A program made the position numbers and the translations under genes. 64,000 bases of DNA from NCBI GenBank assembly GCA_965205865.1, contig CBDBHR010000028.1:160001-224000 (forward strand), in the 5' to 3' direction. The stretch's first letter is position 1; the number at the start of each line of letters is the position of its first letter. The DNA is from a bacterium. GTDB taxonomy: Bacteria; SAR324; NAC60-12. The notes under the pieces are model-generated. The model saw only the letters and a list, made by a program, of their open reading frames with translations, ran no database searches and had not been told where the DNA came from. Of this stretch, positions 19,769 to 29,710 are shown piece after piece.

Positions 19769-21391
19769 ATGAAATTCAAGAAAGCAACGATTAAGGACTT
19801 CAAACGCTTTACGGATTTGACTGTTCAGGGCATTCCGGCAAGGACACGGCTGATCATGCTTGCCGGTCCGAATGGATGTGGTAAATCCTCATTCTTCGAT
19901 GCACTCAACGTTTGGCACAATTGGGATTCCACAAGATTTCACTCTTGGAGAGCGGATTACCATCATAAGACCGGTTCATGCCAACACGACCAGTGGTATG
20001 ATTATCAAGTCAAGATCGAGTTCTACGAATCTGTTCAGGATAGTGACAAAAAGAAGAGATTCTATTTCAGGTCTTCATACAGAAATGATCCTGAGTTTCA
20101 GATTCAAGAAATACGCAGGGCGGGAAATTCTTTTGATAAAGGGCAGGTTAAACGCATGATTGACAACGATGCCGCGGTAAATCGGAACTACCATAAACTG
20201 GCCAGTCAGGGTTGTGAAGATCTATATTCTCTAGGAGATGAATCGAAAACATTCGGGAGCTACCGGAGAGAGAGCATCGAAAAACTTCAGCAGCCGTTGT
20301 CCAAGCTGTTTCCCGATCTGGAACTGGAAGGTTTCGGAAATCCATTGGAGGACGGTACTTTTCGTTTTACAAAGGGAGCAAGCGCAGGGTTCACATTTAT
20401 GAACCTTTCGGGAGGGGAAAAGGCTGTGTTTGATCTGATTCTTGACCTGGTCGTGGCGAGCCGTGATTACGACAATACGGTATTCTGTATTGACGAACCC
20501 GAATCACACATGAACGCACGCCTGCAGGCGGAACTCCTGTCCGTGCTCTACGAACTCATCCCCGAAAATTGCCAGTTGATGCTGGCGACGCATTCCATTG
20601 GGATGATGCGCCGGGCACGAGACATAGAGGCAAACCATCCCGGAACCGTGGTGTTTCTGGACTTCGGTTTCAGGACTGATGGCACTCACCGAGATTTTGA
20701 CCAACAAGAGGTCATCCAGCCAGCAAAGCCAGACCGTACCTTTTGGAAACGACACCACGATGTGGCTTTTGACGACCTGTCAAAACTCATCGCTCCAAAG
20801 CAGATTGTACTGTGTGAAGGTAAGGAACAAACTGAGCCGGAACCGTTTGACGAGAATTGCTATAATCAGATCTTCTCAGTTGAATTTCCTGACACGCTTT
20901 TTATTTCGGTCGGTTCCAAGAACGATGTGGAAGAACGCATTACCGATTTATTACCACTGCTCAAGAGTGTCGTGAAGAACACCGAGATATTTAGGCTTCG
21001 TGACCGGGACGAGTTGGGAGAGAACGCTACTGTACGAAGAAACAACCGTGGCATTCGCGTATTGTCCCAACGAAACCTCGAATCAATCTTACTATGTGAT
21101 GAAATTTTGGTAAAACTCTGTAGGAAACACGGCTCCCCTAAAAAAGCTGGATGTTTGATCAAGACAAGAGACAACATGCTCGAAAAGATTGAAGCTTTTG
21201 CAAAAGATGATTTCAAACGTGCAGTACAGGCAGTTCAGCATGCAGCATACCGAGAAATTCCTACTCTCAAGCGCTCAGGTGATAAAAAAGACTTTATGCT
21301 GGATATTCTTGTTCCATTGGTTACGTCTGAAACGCAGACATACATTCAATTGAAGCAAGACATCTTTGGTCCATTAGGGAATTCTTTTTAG
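19769..21391 (+). CDS. ABC-type ATPase with C-terminal TOPRIM-like domain (OLD/AriAB-like ATP-dependent nuclease)
   Basis: GPNGCGKS, LSGGE, CIDEPESH, ATHS; C-terminal VLCEG..D, LRDRD (DxD), NLESILL. Confidence 0.8.
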   Translation: MKFKKATIKDFKRFTDLTVQGIPARTRLIMLAGPNGCGKSSFFDALNVWHNWDSTRFHSWRADYHHKTGSCQHDQWYDYQVKIEFYESVQDSDKKKRFYFRSSYRNDPEFQIQEIRRAGNSFDKGQVKRMIDNDAAVNRNYHKLASQGCEDLYSLGDESKTFGSYRRESIEKLQQPLSKLFPDLELEGFGNPLEDGTFRFTKGASAGFTFMNLSGGEKAVFDLILDLVVASRDYDNTVFCIDEPESHMNARLQAELLSVLYELIPENCQLMLATHSIGMMRRARDIEANHPGTVVFLDFGFRTDGTHRDFDQQEVIQPAKPDRTFWKRHHDVAFDDLSKLIAPKQIVLCEGKEQTEPEPFDENCYNQIFSVEFPDTLFISVGSKNDVEERITDLLPLLKSVVKNTEIFRLRDRDELGENATVRRNNRGIRVLSQRNLESILLCDEILVKLCRKHGSPKKAGCLIKTRDNMLEKIEAFAKDDFKRAVQAVQHAAYREIPTLKRSGDKKDFMLDILVPLVTSETQTYIQLKQDIFGPLGNSF

Positions 21392-21568
21392 CCGGGAAAT
21401 ATGCCGGAGGAGGATGCAGCAAAAGTTTCAGTGCACCAAAATCCGAGTTTGGGAAAAGATGATGCGGAAGAGAGGATTTGACAAACAAGGTTTTCTCTAT
21501 ATAGAAGGAAAAGAAAGCATACTTTGTACAGCATTTAGTTTTTTCGATTAGCGATAAAGGAAGCGCAC

Positions 21569-23413
21569 ATGTCTCACAAAAGCACTATCGAGTGGACCAA
21601 CAGCACCTGGAACCCGGTCACCGGTTGTACGAAGATCAGCGCCGGTTGCGACCACTGCTATGCCGAGCGCTTTTCCGAACGCTTTCGTGATGTCGAGGGA
21701 CACCCTTTTGAGGCTGGCTTTGACCTGACGCTTCGTCCCGAACGACTCGAGCACCCGACGCGCTGGCGGCGTTCACAATTCATCTTCGTCAATTCGATGA
21801 GTGATCTGTTCCACAAAAAAATTCCTATCGAGTACATCCATCGCGTATTCGACACGATGGAGCGCGCGGACAGGCACGTTTATCAGGTCCTCAGCAAGCG
21901 CAGTTCGCTGATGCGCCGTTTCATCCGCCAGCGCTATCAAAGCCGACCCGTCCCTTCACATATCTGGCTTGGCGTTTCCATTGAAAACGTTGCGGCCTTG
22001 ACGCGCCTCCAGCACCTGAAGCAAACCAACGCCTCTGTGCGCTTCGTTTCGTTCGAGCCGTTGCTCGGGCCATTCGATGCAGTGGACTTGGAGAGCATCA
22101 ATTGGGTGATCGTTGGAGGTGAAAGCGGGCCGGGAGCGCGGCCGGTTCAAGCAGAGTGGATACGTACATTGCGTGACCAGTGTCAGACGCAGAACGTCGC
22201 TTTCTTCTTTAAACAGTGGGGTGGGCGTACACCCAAAGCCGGCGGCAATCTCCTGGATGGACGCCAATGGCTGGAATACCCGGAGTTGGGACTCAACCCA
22301 GCACCTAACGTGCCACTGCAAGCAGTCGGTGTGCCAACCAATGATGCAAAAAGTCCGCTGGACGTTGGTCCCTGGGCACGTGAGAAACTGGAATGTCTTC
22401 GCAAATATCTACAAGCCTATACTACGATTCTTAGTAAACTACGGTTTAAGGGATACTTCTACATTGATGCTTTTGCAGGTCCGGGAACACTTAAAGTCCG
22501 CCAACAACAAACAAACGATTCCGCTCAACAATTGTTACTTGAAGATCTCAACGATGTTTGGCAAGATGCTAATGAAGCTGATGAGTACATCAGCGGATCT
22601 CCACGTGTCGCTCTAGAATTGGAAAAAGCGATGCAAGACAACGCCATGCTTGGAAAATTTATTCAAAAGCAACGAATCCAGCGCAATATAACGCAAGAAT
22701 ACCTTGCGTCGAAGTTGGGTATGTCGCGCCCCACCTATGTACACATCGAGCGAGGCGAGCGGGAACTGACAGTCATCGAGGCCAAAATACTTGCGGAGGT
22801 TTTTCATACATCCCTTGAGGATTTCCTGGCTTGTCGCGAGTCAACGTATGTCGTGACACTCACAAAACAGCCTGCACGGAAAACCGGAGACCTCCGGATT
22901 CGCGTTACGGAAAAGAATCTTGAAATATTCAAGCAGGTTCTTCTTTACATCCTGAATAAAGTCGGCGGCAAACCGAACGTGGGTGAGACCGTGCTGCATA
23001 AACTGCTTTATTTCATCGATTTTGATTATTACGAAAAATTCGAGGAAAACCTGATGGGTTTGACTTATATCAAAAACCATCACGGTCCCACGTCGGTTGA
23101 ATTGGGTTCGATTCTCCAGGATTTGCAGAAACAGGGAGAAATCGAGGCAGTAAAAAGTAAATATTTTCAATTTGATCACAAGAAGTACCTCCTACTCAAA
23201 CGTCTAAATCTCGAGGGACTTTCCGCACGCGATATTGAACATATTGATGACGTGTTAGCCCGTCTATCGGATAAAAACGCGAAAGAGATTGCAAACTATT
23301 CCCACGAGGATATTCCCTGGAAATCCGCGCAAGTGGGCGAATCGCTTTCTTATGAGAGCGTCTTTTATCGTGATGAGCGATACTCCGTAAGAAACTACGA
23401 CGATGAACTTTGA
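21569..23413 (+). CDS. Chimeric ORF: DUF5131 (phage Gp37/Gp68-like) + truncated three-Cys-motif partner TcmP + XRE-HTH + DUF4065/Panacea antitoxin
   Basis: TWNPVTGCTKISAGCDHCYA, GGESGPGARP, FFFKQWGG; then GPWAREKL..YIDAFAGPG..GSP; then ITQEYLASKLGMSRPTYVHIERGER; then LHKLLYFIDF..HHGP..SHEDIPW. The antitoxin may also start at internal ATG 22631 or 22646. Confidence 0.8.
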   Translation: MSHKSTIEWTNSTWNPVTGCTKISAGCDHCYAERFSERFRDVEGHPFEAGFDLTLRPERLEHPTRWRRSQFIFVNSMSDLFHKKIPIEYIHRVFDTMERADRHVYQVLSKRSSLMRRFIRQRYQSRPVPSHIWLGVSIENVAALTRLQHLKQTNASVRFVSFEPLLGPFDAVDLESINWVIVGGESGPGARPVQAEWIRTLRDQCQTQNVAFFFKQWGGRTPKAGGNLLDGRQWLEYPELGLNPAPNVPLQAVGVPTNDAKSPLDVGPWAREKLECLRKYLQAYTTILSKLRFKGYFYIDAFAGPGTLKVRQQQTNDSAQQLLLEDLNDVWQDANEADEYISGSPRVALELEKAMQDNAMLGKFIQKQRIQRNITQEYLASKLGMSRPTYVHIERGERELTVIEAKILAEVFHTSLEDFLACRESTYVVTLTKQPARKTGDLRIRVTEKNLEIFKQVLLYILNKVGGKPNVGETVLHKLLYFIDFDYYEKFEENLMGLTYIKNHHGPTSVELGSILQDLQKQGEIEAVKSKYFQFDHKKYLLLKRLNLEGLSARDIEHIDDVLARLSDKNAKEIANYSHEDIPWKSAQVGESLSYESVFYRDERYSVRNYDDEL

Positions 23414-23741
23414 AGAATTAGCGGAATTTCAAAATGAACGGAAGCTCCTTGCCAGGAAATACCGGTCCCTTCCCGAAGACCTGCTGGAGTTTCAATATGT
23501 AGTTTCCGTTGTCCCGCTGGGAAACAGAAAACATTTCAAAGTCATCGCTCAAAACAATAATACACCTATAATAAAAACCCGTTTGTTTTGCCGGTATTTG
23601 AAGGAGTCGTCTCTTCGTATTATCTACTCGTATTTCGAGCAAGAACAACTCGTCGTATTCATTGAGATTTATCACAAAGAAAAGAAAGAAAACGAAGATC
23701 TTAAACGAGTGAGAGCGTATTTGACCCGGTATCAAAGTTGA
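23403..23741 (+). CDS. RelE/ParE-like toxin (partner of the Panacea antitoxin)
   Basis: Overlaps the upstream stop; EFQNERKLLARKYRSLPEDL, LRIIYSY, FIEIYHK pattern. Confidence 0.7.
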   Translation: MNFEELAEFQNERKLLARKYRSLPEDLLEFQYVVSVVPLGNRKHFKVIAQNNNTPIIKTRLFCRYLKESSLRIIYSYFEQEQLVVFIEIYHKEKKENEDLKRVRAYLTRYQS

Positions 23742-23839
23742 GCCCCACCCACATTTTGCCAGGCAGTCTCAAATCATTGCGGGAAATTGATTATTTACAC
23801 GAATTATATGAAGTTTCGATCAATAGGGAGGGAAGAATT

Positions 23840-24037
23840 ATGCCAGAAAGCGTTGAAATAAAAAAAGTCTCGGTTGATTACCTGAAGACATTGGAAGAGG
23901 TTCAAAAGCAGTACCAGCAATACGTGGAAGTCAGCGAGCTTTATAAGTTGCCGATTCATAAGAAGGAGGAAGCAGTACGATATCAGCCTCCCAGCCCGGA
24001 GCATCCCCTGACGACGAATAGAATTCGCATCAAGTAA
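23840..24037 (+). CDS. Small hypothetical protein, 65 aa
   Basis: RBS GGGAGGGAAG before ATG 23840. Confidence 0.4.
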   Translation: MPESVEIKKVSVDYLKTLEEVQKQYQQYVEVSELYKLPIHKKEEAVRYQPPSPEHPLTTNRIRIK

Positions 24038-24161
24038 AAAAGGGGGACTTCCTTATAATTCATCTCTTGTGTTGAAGGGAATATTTGGATTAAACAACAA
24101 CCACAAATTCCAATTCTGTCATCCTTACTCATCTCTTGACCACCGTGTTCCAAAAGGAAAA

Positions 24162-24323
24162 CTAAACGCCAAAAGTAGATTCGACTTCCTCGCGATACAG
24201 GGCGATCAGACTGTCCTCGGGAACCCCACCTAGAATCAACCACTGAAATAATTCATCAACAATTTCAAGCGCACCATCGCTGAGTTTATGCTCAGAAAAT
24301 TTGTATGAATCTTCAGAAAACAT
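24162..24323 (-). pseudogene. Short ORF coupled to the interrupted Panacea-like gene (possible truncated toxin)
   Basis: ATG at 24323 overlaps the end of the upstream gene; only 53 aa. Confidence 0.3.
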
Positions 24324-24832
24324 CCTCACCTTTCCTGGTAGCAGATTTCCAAACTTCGTCGGAAAACTCGACCGTGTACTCACCTTCTGCAAACTGTGGC
24401 CCGGCGAGACTGTCGAGCCAGGCAATACCCTCATGATAAACGTCGTCATAGCGGGGGTTTTTTACCGGTTTTATCAGTTTGCTGTCTTCTTTCCTTTTAT
24501 TTTTATGCCTCACCCGCAGTGCACGCATTCGTTCTTTGAACTGCTTCTTTTTCCTGTTAGACAAGCTATCCATCCTTAATGGAATTGCAGCAGGATTATT
24601 AGCTGAAACATTACCGGTGACCGTGAAATCCAAATATTCACCGGGAGCGGCATTTAACATCGGTTTCGTATTATAAACGTAGTAAAGCAGACTTTGCGTA
24701 TCTTTTGCGAAGTTAAGTACGTTTCGTCTCAAATGAAACGTGATAGTACCTGGAAGCTGCCGTTCCCTTTCTTGTAGTAAGTGTTCATCCTGCAGAGACC
24801 AACGGATTTGTTCCTGGTTTTCCTCATAGTTA
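24313..24832 (-). pseudogene. 3' part of IS-interrupted Panacea/SocA (DUF4065)-like gene
   Basis: Joins 28691..28974 in frame across the TAGTTA duplication (..FPSN/YEENQEQ..LLYYVYNTKPM). Confidence 0.8.
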
Positions 24833-26104
24833 GTGCTTGGCCGAAAAATACTCAAATTGCTGATATTAAATGACAATTCTTCAATTTCACAGGATGAAGA
24901 TTGGTTTGATGCAGTGTTCAGATGGCCAAAATCAGCAATAAATGGGATTTTTATGAGTTTCTCCAAAATCTTCGTTTCTTAAAAACAGGTGAATACCATT
25001 TAATATCATGTAAAGTCTTTCATTAATTATATCAAGATGATAAACTGATATTTGTGACGCGAAGATTTGAAAAAACCCGAGTGCGCACCACCTCGCATGA
25101 AGGGTCAATCGTTGCAGTTACAGTATCTTCGGACTGGTTTCTTTCGTTTTTCCGTAAATCTTCAAGATTTGAAATTTTATGCGCACCATACGTGACCCCC
25201 AGATGAAGTTCGGCGAAGTCGACATTGCCGCCATCGAGTTGGATCTAAAATCCCGTGATGACATCCCCCCTATCCTTCGCGGTTTGCAATACATATACGC
25301 CACGCCAGCATTACGCGCATCGGTATTCAAGGTTCTGGAACGGGTCATCCCCTCGCGAAGCGGCCCGGGCCTGAGCAACGAAGACAGGCATCGCAAAGCG
25401 GACCCCCGTCTTGGGCGTCCCGGGATGGAGCAGTGGAAGATTCTGGTGCTTGGCGTACTGCGCCTGGGTCTCAACAGCGATTACGACCGCATCCATGAGT
25501 TGGCTAACCATCACGACACCATCCGGCAGATGCTCGGACATGGTGGGTGGGAGGATAAAACGACATACAACCGGCAGACGATCAAGGATAACCTGCGTCT
25601 CTTCACACCTGAGATTCTCGATGAGATCAATCAGTTGGTTATCAAAGTCGGACATGGGCTGGTAAAAAAAAACGCCCCAAAAGATGGGCCAACCCGAATT
25701 CGCACGGAGAAGAAGATTGAACTTCATGATTCAAGCAAGGCGCTACGTGCACGCTGCGACTCCTTTGTGGTTGAAACCAATGTACATTATCCGACCGACA
25801 TCAACCTGCTCTTCGACGCCGTACGTAAGACGGTTGAAGAATGCGCCAGACTTTCACAGAGTTGCCAGTTGGAGGGCTGGCGACAATATCGGAACAACCT
25901 CAGGAAGTTCAAAAAGCAGTATCGTCTCATCCAAAAGCTCAGGCTCTCCACTTCGAAAGTTGAGCAAATAAAGCGTGCCCGTGAAGAAAAGAGGCGCAAG
26001 GAATATCTCAAATACGTCCTCATGGCCAATGGGTATCAACTGCGAGTCCGGACAAGCCTGGAACTTTTGGAAAAACGGGTGCGCTCCTCCAAACTGCTAC
26101 GCTT

Positions 26105-27841
26105 CAGGCTGTTGCAGATTTTTTTGCCTGCATAACGGGTCATACAATCAGTGAGAACGGGGTATGATCCCAATTCTCATCATAATGATGAAATGGTTTT
26201 TGATCTTTAAAATTGTTAGAATCATATAAACCTTTGCGTATGAAGCGTAGAGAAAGCGAATCAATCGAATCACCTCAAGGAGGCGATAGAGAATATTGAG
26301 GTTGTGAGCAATGGCCATGAGCATAAATTCGCCTTTGACTTGTCTCTGCCCTCGAAATCGAAATGAGGTAAAACCGAGATTGGCCTTCAAGTTGCCGAAG
26401 ACCGGTTCGACGGTACTCATGCGCGTTTTGAGTCGTTGTTTGGCTTCTGGGGTTTGCAATTTATTGCGCATGGCTTCGGCGTAGGGCTCGCGCTCTTGGC
26501 GATGGATCTGTTTGAGTCGCGAGCGATTCTTCGGGGGCAGACACCGCTGAGCGAGGGGACAATCTTCACAGGATGGGGCCTGATAGGTGCTCCCTTGGGC
26601 CTGGCCCCGCTTGAAGTTACGCTGAAAGGAGAGCTGTTGCCCATTGGGACACTGATAGACATCATTTTTTGCATCGAAGAAAAAATCAGAACGTTCGAGC
26701 TTTCGATCGTTTTGCAGTAATTCTTCCAGGGGGGTCGGCTGGAGAGGGTTGGCTCTATTTTGCGGTTGCGGGTCGGCAATGACGGCATCAATCTGATGCT
26801 GCTCGATATAGTTGAGTTGCTCAAAACTATGATAACCGGCATCCATATTATAACGACGTTGCCGATCTTCGGGAAGGTGGGTTTCTGCCTGTTGATGCAT
26901 CGGCGCAAATTGTTGGGTATCGTTGGCTTCGCAGACCACCTCAGCGGCCACAATCAGATGAGTGGCACGATCGACGGCTGCCTGCACATTATAACCGGGT
27001 GTGTTAATCGAGGGCATCATGCGTGCGTCGGCATCGGTCAGATTGATCTTATGGCCATTCCGATGTTCGGGTTTGAGGGTTTGCTGACGCGCTTGAAGAT
27101 CTTGCTGAGATTGGAGAATCGTTGCTTCGAATTGCTCAAGACGGGCTTTTTCGCCACGAAGGGCGGCTAAGTCTTCTTCATCGCCTTGATGATCTTCAGA
27201 CTCGCAATTTAGAGGGGAGGCGATCGATTGACGCGTTTTTTCTAAAAGACGTTCTAATTGTTCTGCATTTTTCGAGCGTTTCTTACTGGCAGAGGTTTTC
27301 AGCTTCGAACCGTCAAGGTTTATTTCAGCGAAACCGGAGACCTGCTGATCAATGGCCATTTGAATCAATTGCTCAAAATAGAAGGGCAGGCGTTGCAAAT
27401 GACGACGACGGAACCGGCTCAAGGCACAGTGGTCGGGGGTCAGATGCGCTGAAACATAGATATAACAAAGATCGCGTTTACAAAGTTTCTCCAAAACACG
27501 ACTACTCTCAATGCCTTCACTGTAGGCATAAAACCAGGTCGCTAACAGAATCGCCGGATCATAGGCATCCCCCCCTTGCGATTTGTAGGAGCCATAAAGC
27601 GAGGATAAATCCAAGCGGGAAACGAAATCTACCACAAAACGGCATTTATCGTTATCCGGGATCAAGTGGTTCAAATCGGTGGTGGATAATTGGAGGGTGG
27701 AACGATCATTACTCAGAAAACCCATAATAGAAATCCATTTTTACTATGGTTATATGAAAAGTGGACTCAAACCAGATACTAGACTATGAAAAGTGTAGCA
27801 AAATCCACCTGGAAAAAGCAAATAAAATCTGCAACAGCCTG
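26105..27841 (-). mobile_element. IS1182-family insertion sequence
   Basis: Perfect 18-bp IRs CAGGCTGTTGCAGATTTT / AAAATCTGCAACAGCCTG; 4-bp TSD GCTT at 26101-26104 and 27842-27845. Confidence 0.92.
26148..27725 (-). CDS. IS1182-family transposase
   Basis: AYDPAILL, LDGSKL, TDADARMM, GYNVQAAVD, DAGY, CPNGQ, TVEPVFGNLK. Confidence 0.92.
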   Translation of the reverse strand: MGFLSNDRSTLQLSTTDLNHLIPDNDKCRFVVDFVSRLDLSSLYGSYKSQGGDAYDPAILLATWFYAYSEGIESSRVLEKLCKRDLCYIYVSAHLTPDHCALSRFRRRHLQRLPFYFEQLIQMAIDQQVSGFAEINLDGSKLKTSASKKRSKNAEQLERLLEKTRQSIASPLNCESEDHQGDEEDLAALRGEKARLEQFEATILQSQQDLQARQQTLKPEHRNGHKINLTDADARMMPSINTPGYNVQAAVDRATHLIVAAEVVCEANDTQQFAPMHQQAETHLPEDRQRRYNMDAGYHSFEQLNYIEQHQIDAVIADPQPQNRANPLQPTPLEELLQNDRKLERSDFFFDAKNDVYQCPNGQQLSFQRNFKRGQAQGSTYQAPSCEDCPLAQRCLPPKNRSRLKQIHRQEREPYAEAMRNKLQTPEAKQRLKTRMSTVEPVFGNLKANLGFTSFRFRGQRQVKGEFMLMAIAHNLNILYRLLEVIRLIRFLYASYAKVYMILTILKIKNHFIIMMRIGIIPRSH

Positions 27842-28690
27842 GCTTGCGGGAGTACATGGGCTATGCAAAAAAACTCATGAGCCAAATCATCCGCAGGGTG
27901 TGCTGCGACGAAACCATCCCTCATCATGAAAAAATCTTCTCCATCTTCGAGCCCCACACCGAGTGGATCAGCAAGGGCAAGGCGGGAGTGCCGGTGGAAC
28001 TCGGACTCAGGGTCAACCTCATTGAGGACCAGCATCAATTCATCCTTCACCATCAGGTGATGCGCAGGCAGACCGATGAGAAGGTGGCCGTGGAAATCGT
28101 CGAAGAAACCAAAAAACGCTTCCCCGAGCTTGCGGTCGTGAGTTGGGACAAGGGCGCTCACAGCCCACAGAATCAGCGTGAACTCAAAGCACTGCTGGAT
28201 CTTGTCGTGCTTCCCAAAAAAGGCAAGTTGAGCAAAGCAGACCGGCAGAGAGAAAATTCCCGGGAATTCAAACTCCTGCGCCGCCAACACTCTGCGGTCG
28301 AATCCGCTATCAACGCTCTGGAAGTGCACGGACTCGACCGATGTCCGGATCATGGAATCAAGGGGTTCGAACGCTATGTCGCTCTGGCTGTGCTTGCAAA
28401 AAACATCCACCGTCTCGGCACCGTCCTGCGTGAACAACAAAAAGAACGGAAGCGTCGTAAACGAGGACCCTACAAAAAAGCGGCCTGAACCCAAAAGTGA
28501 CTCCCCATTCTGAAACAAGAGGGGAGGCCGGGAGGGGGGGGCGAGTGTCCAAAAATAGGGAGGGTAACAAAAAATTAGGGATCCCAAAGAAAAATAGCTT
28601 CAATTCTCTAAAATATGGCTTGTTCAAAAACAAATGTTCTCGCGGATTCTACACTTCCTATTAGTAAAATTGTATTTTTCTGTCAGGCAC

Positions 28691-28974
28691 TAGTTACTCG
28701 GAAATGACTTTATGTCTGCGCCAATTGCGCTGAGCGCTGGCTCGATACGTTCATTAACCGATTGGGACCAAGGGCCAAATTTGTAAAACTGCCAATTTAT
28801 ACCCGTATAGGTGGCGCCTTCATTTTTTTCCGCATGATACAGATCAGCCAGATATACATACTTGAGAAGATGAATTGGTCCAAGCTGTCGGTCAAACTTT
28901 TCATCTTGCTCCCCGGCGACCAGCAATGCGTACTGTAGCACTAAATCAATACGGGAAGAGTCTGTCGAAATCAT
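28691..28974 (-). pseudogene. 5' part of IS-interrupted Panacea/SocA (DUF4065)-like gene
   Basis: LGPIHLLKYVYLAD..TGINWQFYKFGPWS; cut by the IS end. Confidence 0.8.
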
Positions 28975-29137
28975 TTTATTTAAAACGGATCGAAAGCAGG
29001 TCTGTGTAGCTTATCAAGCTCGTAATCATCTACTATTTTTCAGAATACTGGCTGGTATGCCAATCGTCTGTCTAGCTCCAGGATATATATGTTCCATTCC
29101 GTCTTTGCAAGAATTGAATTCAATCTGGAAGAGAGGA

Positions 29138-29226
29138 GGAATCGTGAGGTTTTTAATGCCATGAAACTCCTTGATTACTAAATCCGGAAGACGAAGGTCT
29201 TAATTGGATGGTGTTGCAAGCACAAG
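29138..29226 (-). pseudogene. Degenerate 5' relic of an AAA/ABC ATPase gene
   Basis: Clear nucleotide similarity to about 32815-32902 (shared AAATCCGGAAGACG; encodes LRLPDLVI.FHGI.LTIP). Confidence 0.6.
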
Positions 29227-29302
29227 ATAGATTGGTATCTTCGTCACGTACTGTTGCATGAATAGAATAAAATATTTGGGGAGTAATCTTTATAACCGAG
29301 TT

Positions 29303-29710
29303 TTAAATAGGGTATTGCCGTACTCTTCCACTTCGATCAATCGCCCCCACAAAAGGCGCCTTGTTTTCCGCAACGAATCGAGAAATTTTTTCTCTTCCTT
29401 TTATCAATAATTCGGCAATATCCGGTCCTGTACTGTCTTTTGCCCGAATTACAATGACCCGAGCACGATGTCTTTTGATCATCTCGAGCTGCACCGAACG
29501 AAAACGAATATTTTTGTCTTTTGTGAGAGCGGTCCAGCCTCTCTTACCAACAAGGGCGATCCAGTCCTCATCCGGCGCATCCATCGGCAAGTGATCATCA
29601 TGAATTTCAACCTTTATCCCCGTTGCTCGAAGCTTCTCAGAAACAATTTTCCTTCCCAAATTGCGATCCAAAAAGAGAACCAACTCTTCAAGCTGCTGTG
29701 CGGAGTTCAC
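29303..29710 (-). CDS. PIN-domain toxin (VapC45-like)
   Basis: LFLDRNLG, DAPDEDWI, ALTKDKNI; GTG start overlapping the antitoxin end. Confidence 0.85.
   Translation of the reverse strand: MNSAQQLEELVLFLDRNLGRKIVSEKLRATGIKVEIHDDHLPMDAPDEDWIALVGKRGWTALTKDKNIRFRSVQLEMIKRHRARVIVIRAKDSTGPDIAELLIKGREKISRFVAENKAPFVGAIDRSGRVRQYPI

Larger units (their letters stand above)
25179..28488 (+). pseudogene. ISNCY transposase split by IS1182 (25179..26104 + 27846..28488)
   Basis: RCDSFVVETNVHYPTD, EKIFSIFEPHTEWISKGK, SWDKG, HSAVESAINALE; removing the insert gives in-frame KLLRLREYMG. Confidence 0.9.
24833..28690 (+). mobile_element. ISNCY-family insertion sequence (about 2.1 kb native) carrying a nested IS1182
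   Basis: Terminal IRs GTGCTTGGCCGAAAAATAC and rc GTGCCTGACAGAAAAATAC (16/19); 6-bp TSD TAGTTA at 24827-24832 and 28691-28696. Confidence 0.9.

Noticed and set aside
19769-21391. Gabija or retron system
   Set aside because: No adjacent UvrD-like helicase or reverse transcriptase.
24833-24966. N-terminus of tracked ORF 24313..24966
   Set aside because: It lies inside the ISNCY left end; the true 5' part is at 28691..28974.
25660-25675. Poly-A run as a programmed frameshift site in the ISNCY transposase
   Set aside because: The frame is continuous through it, so no shift is needed.
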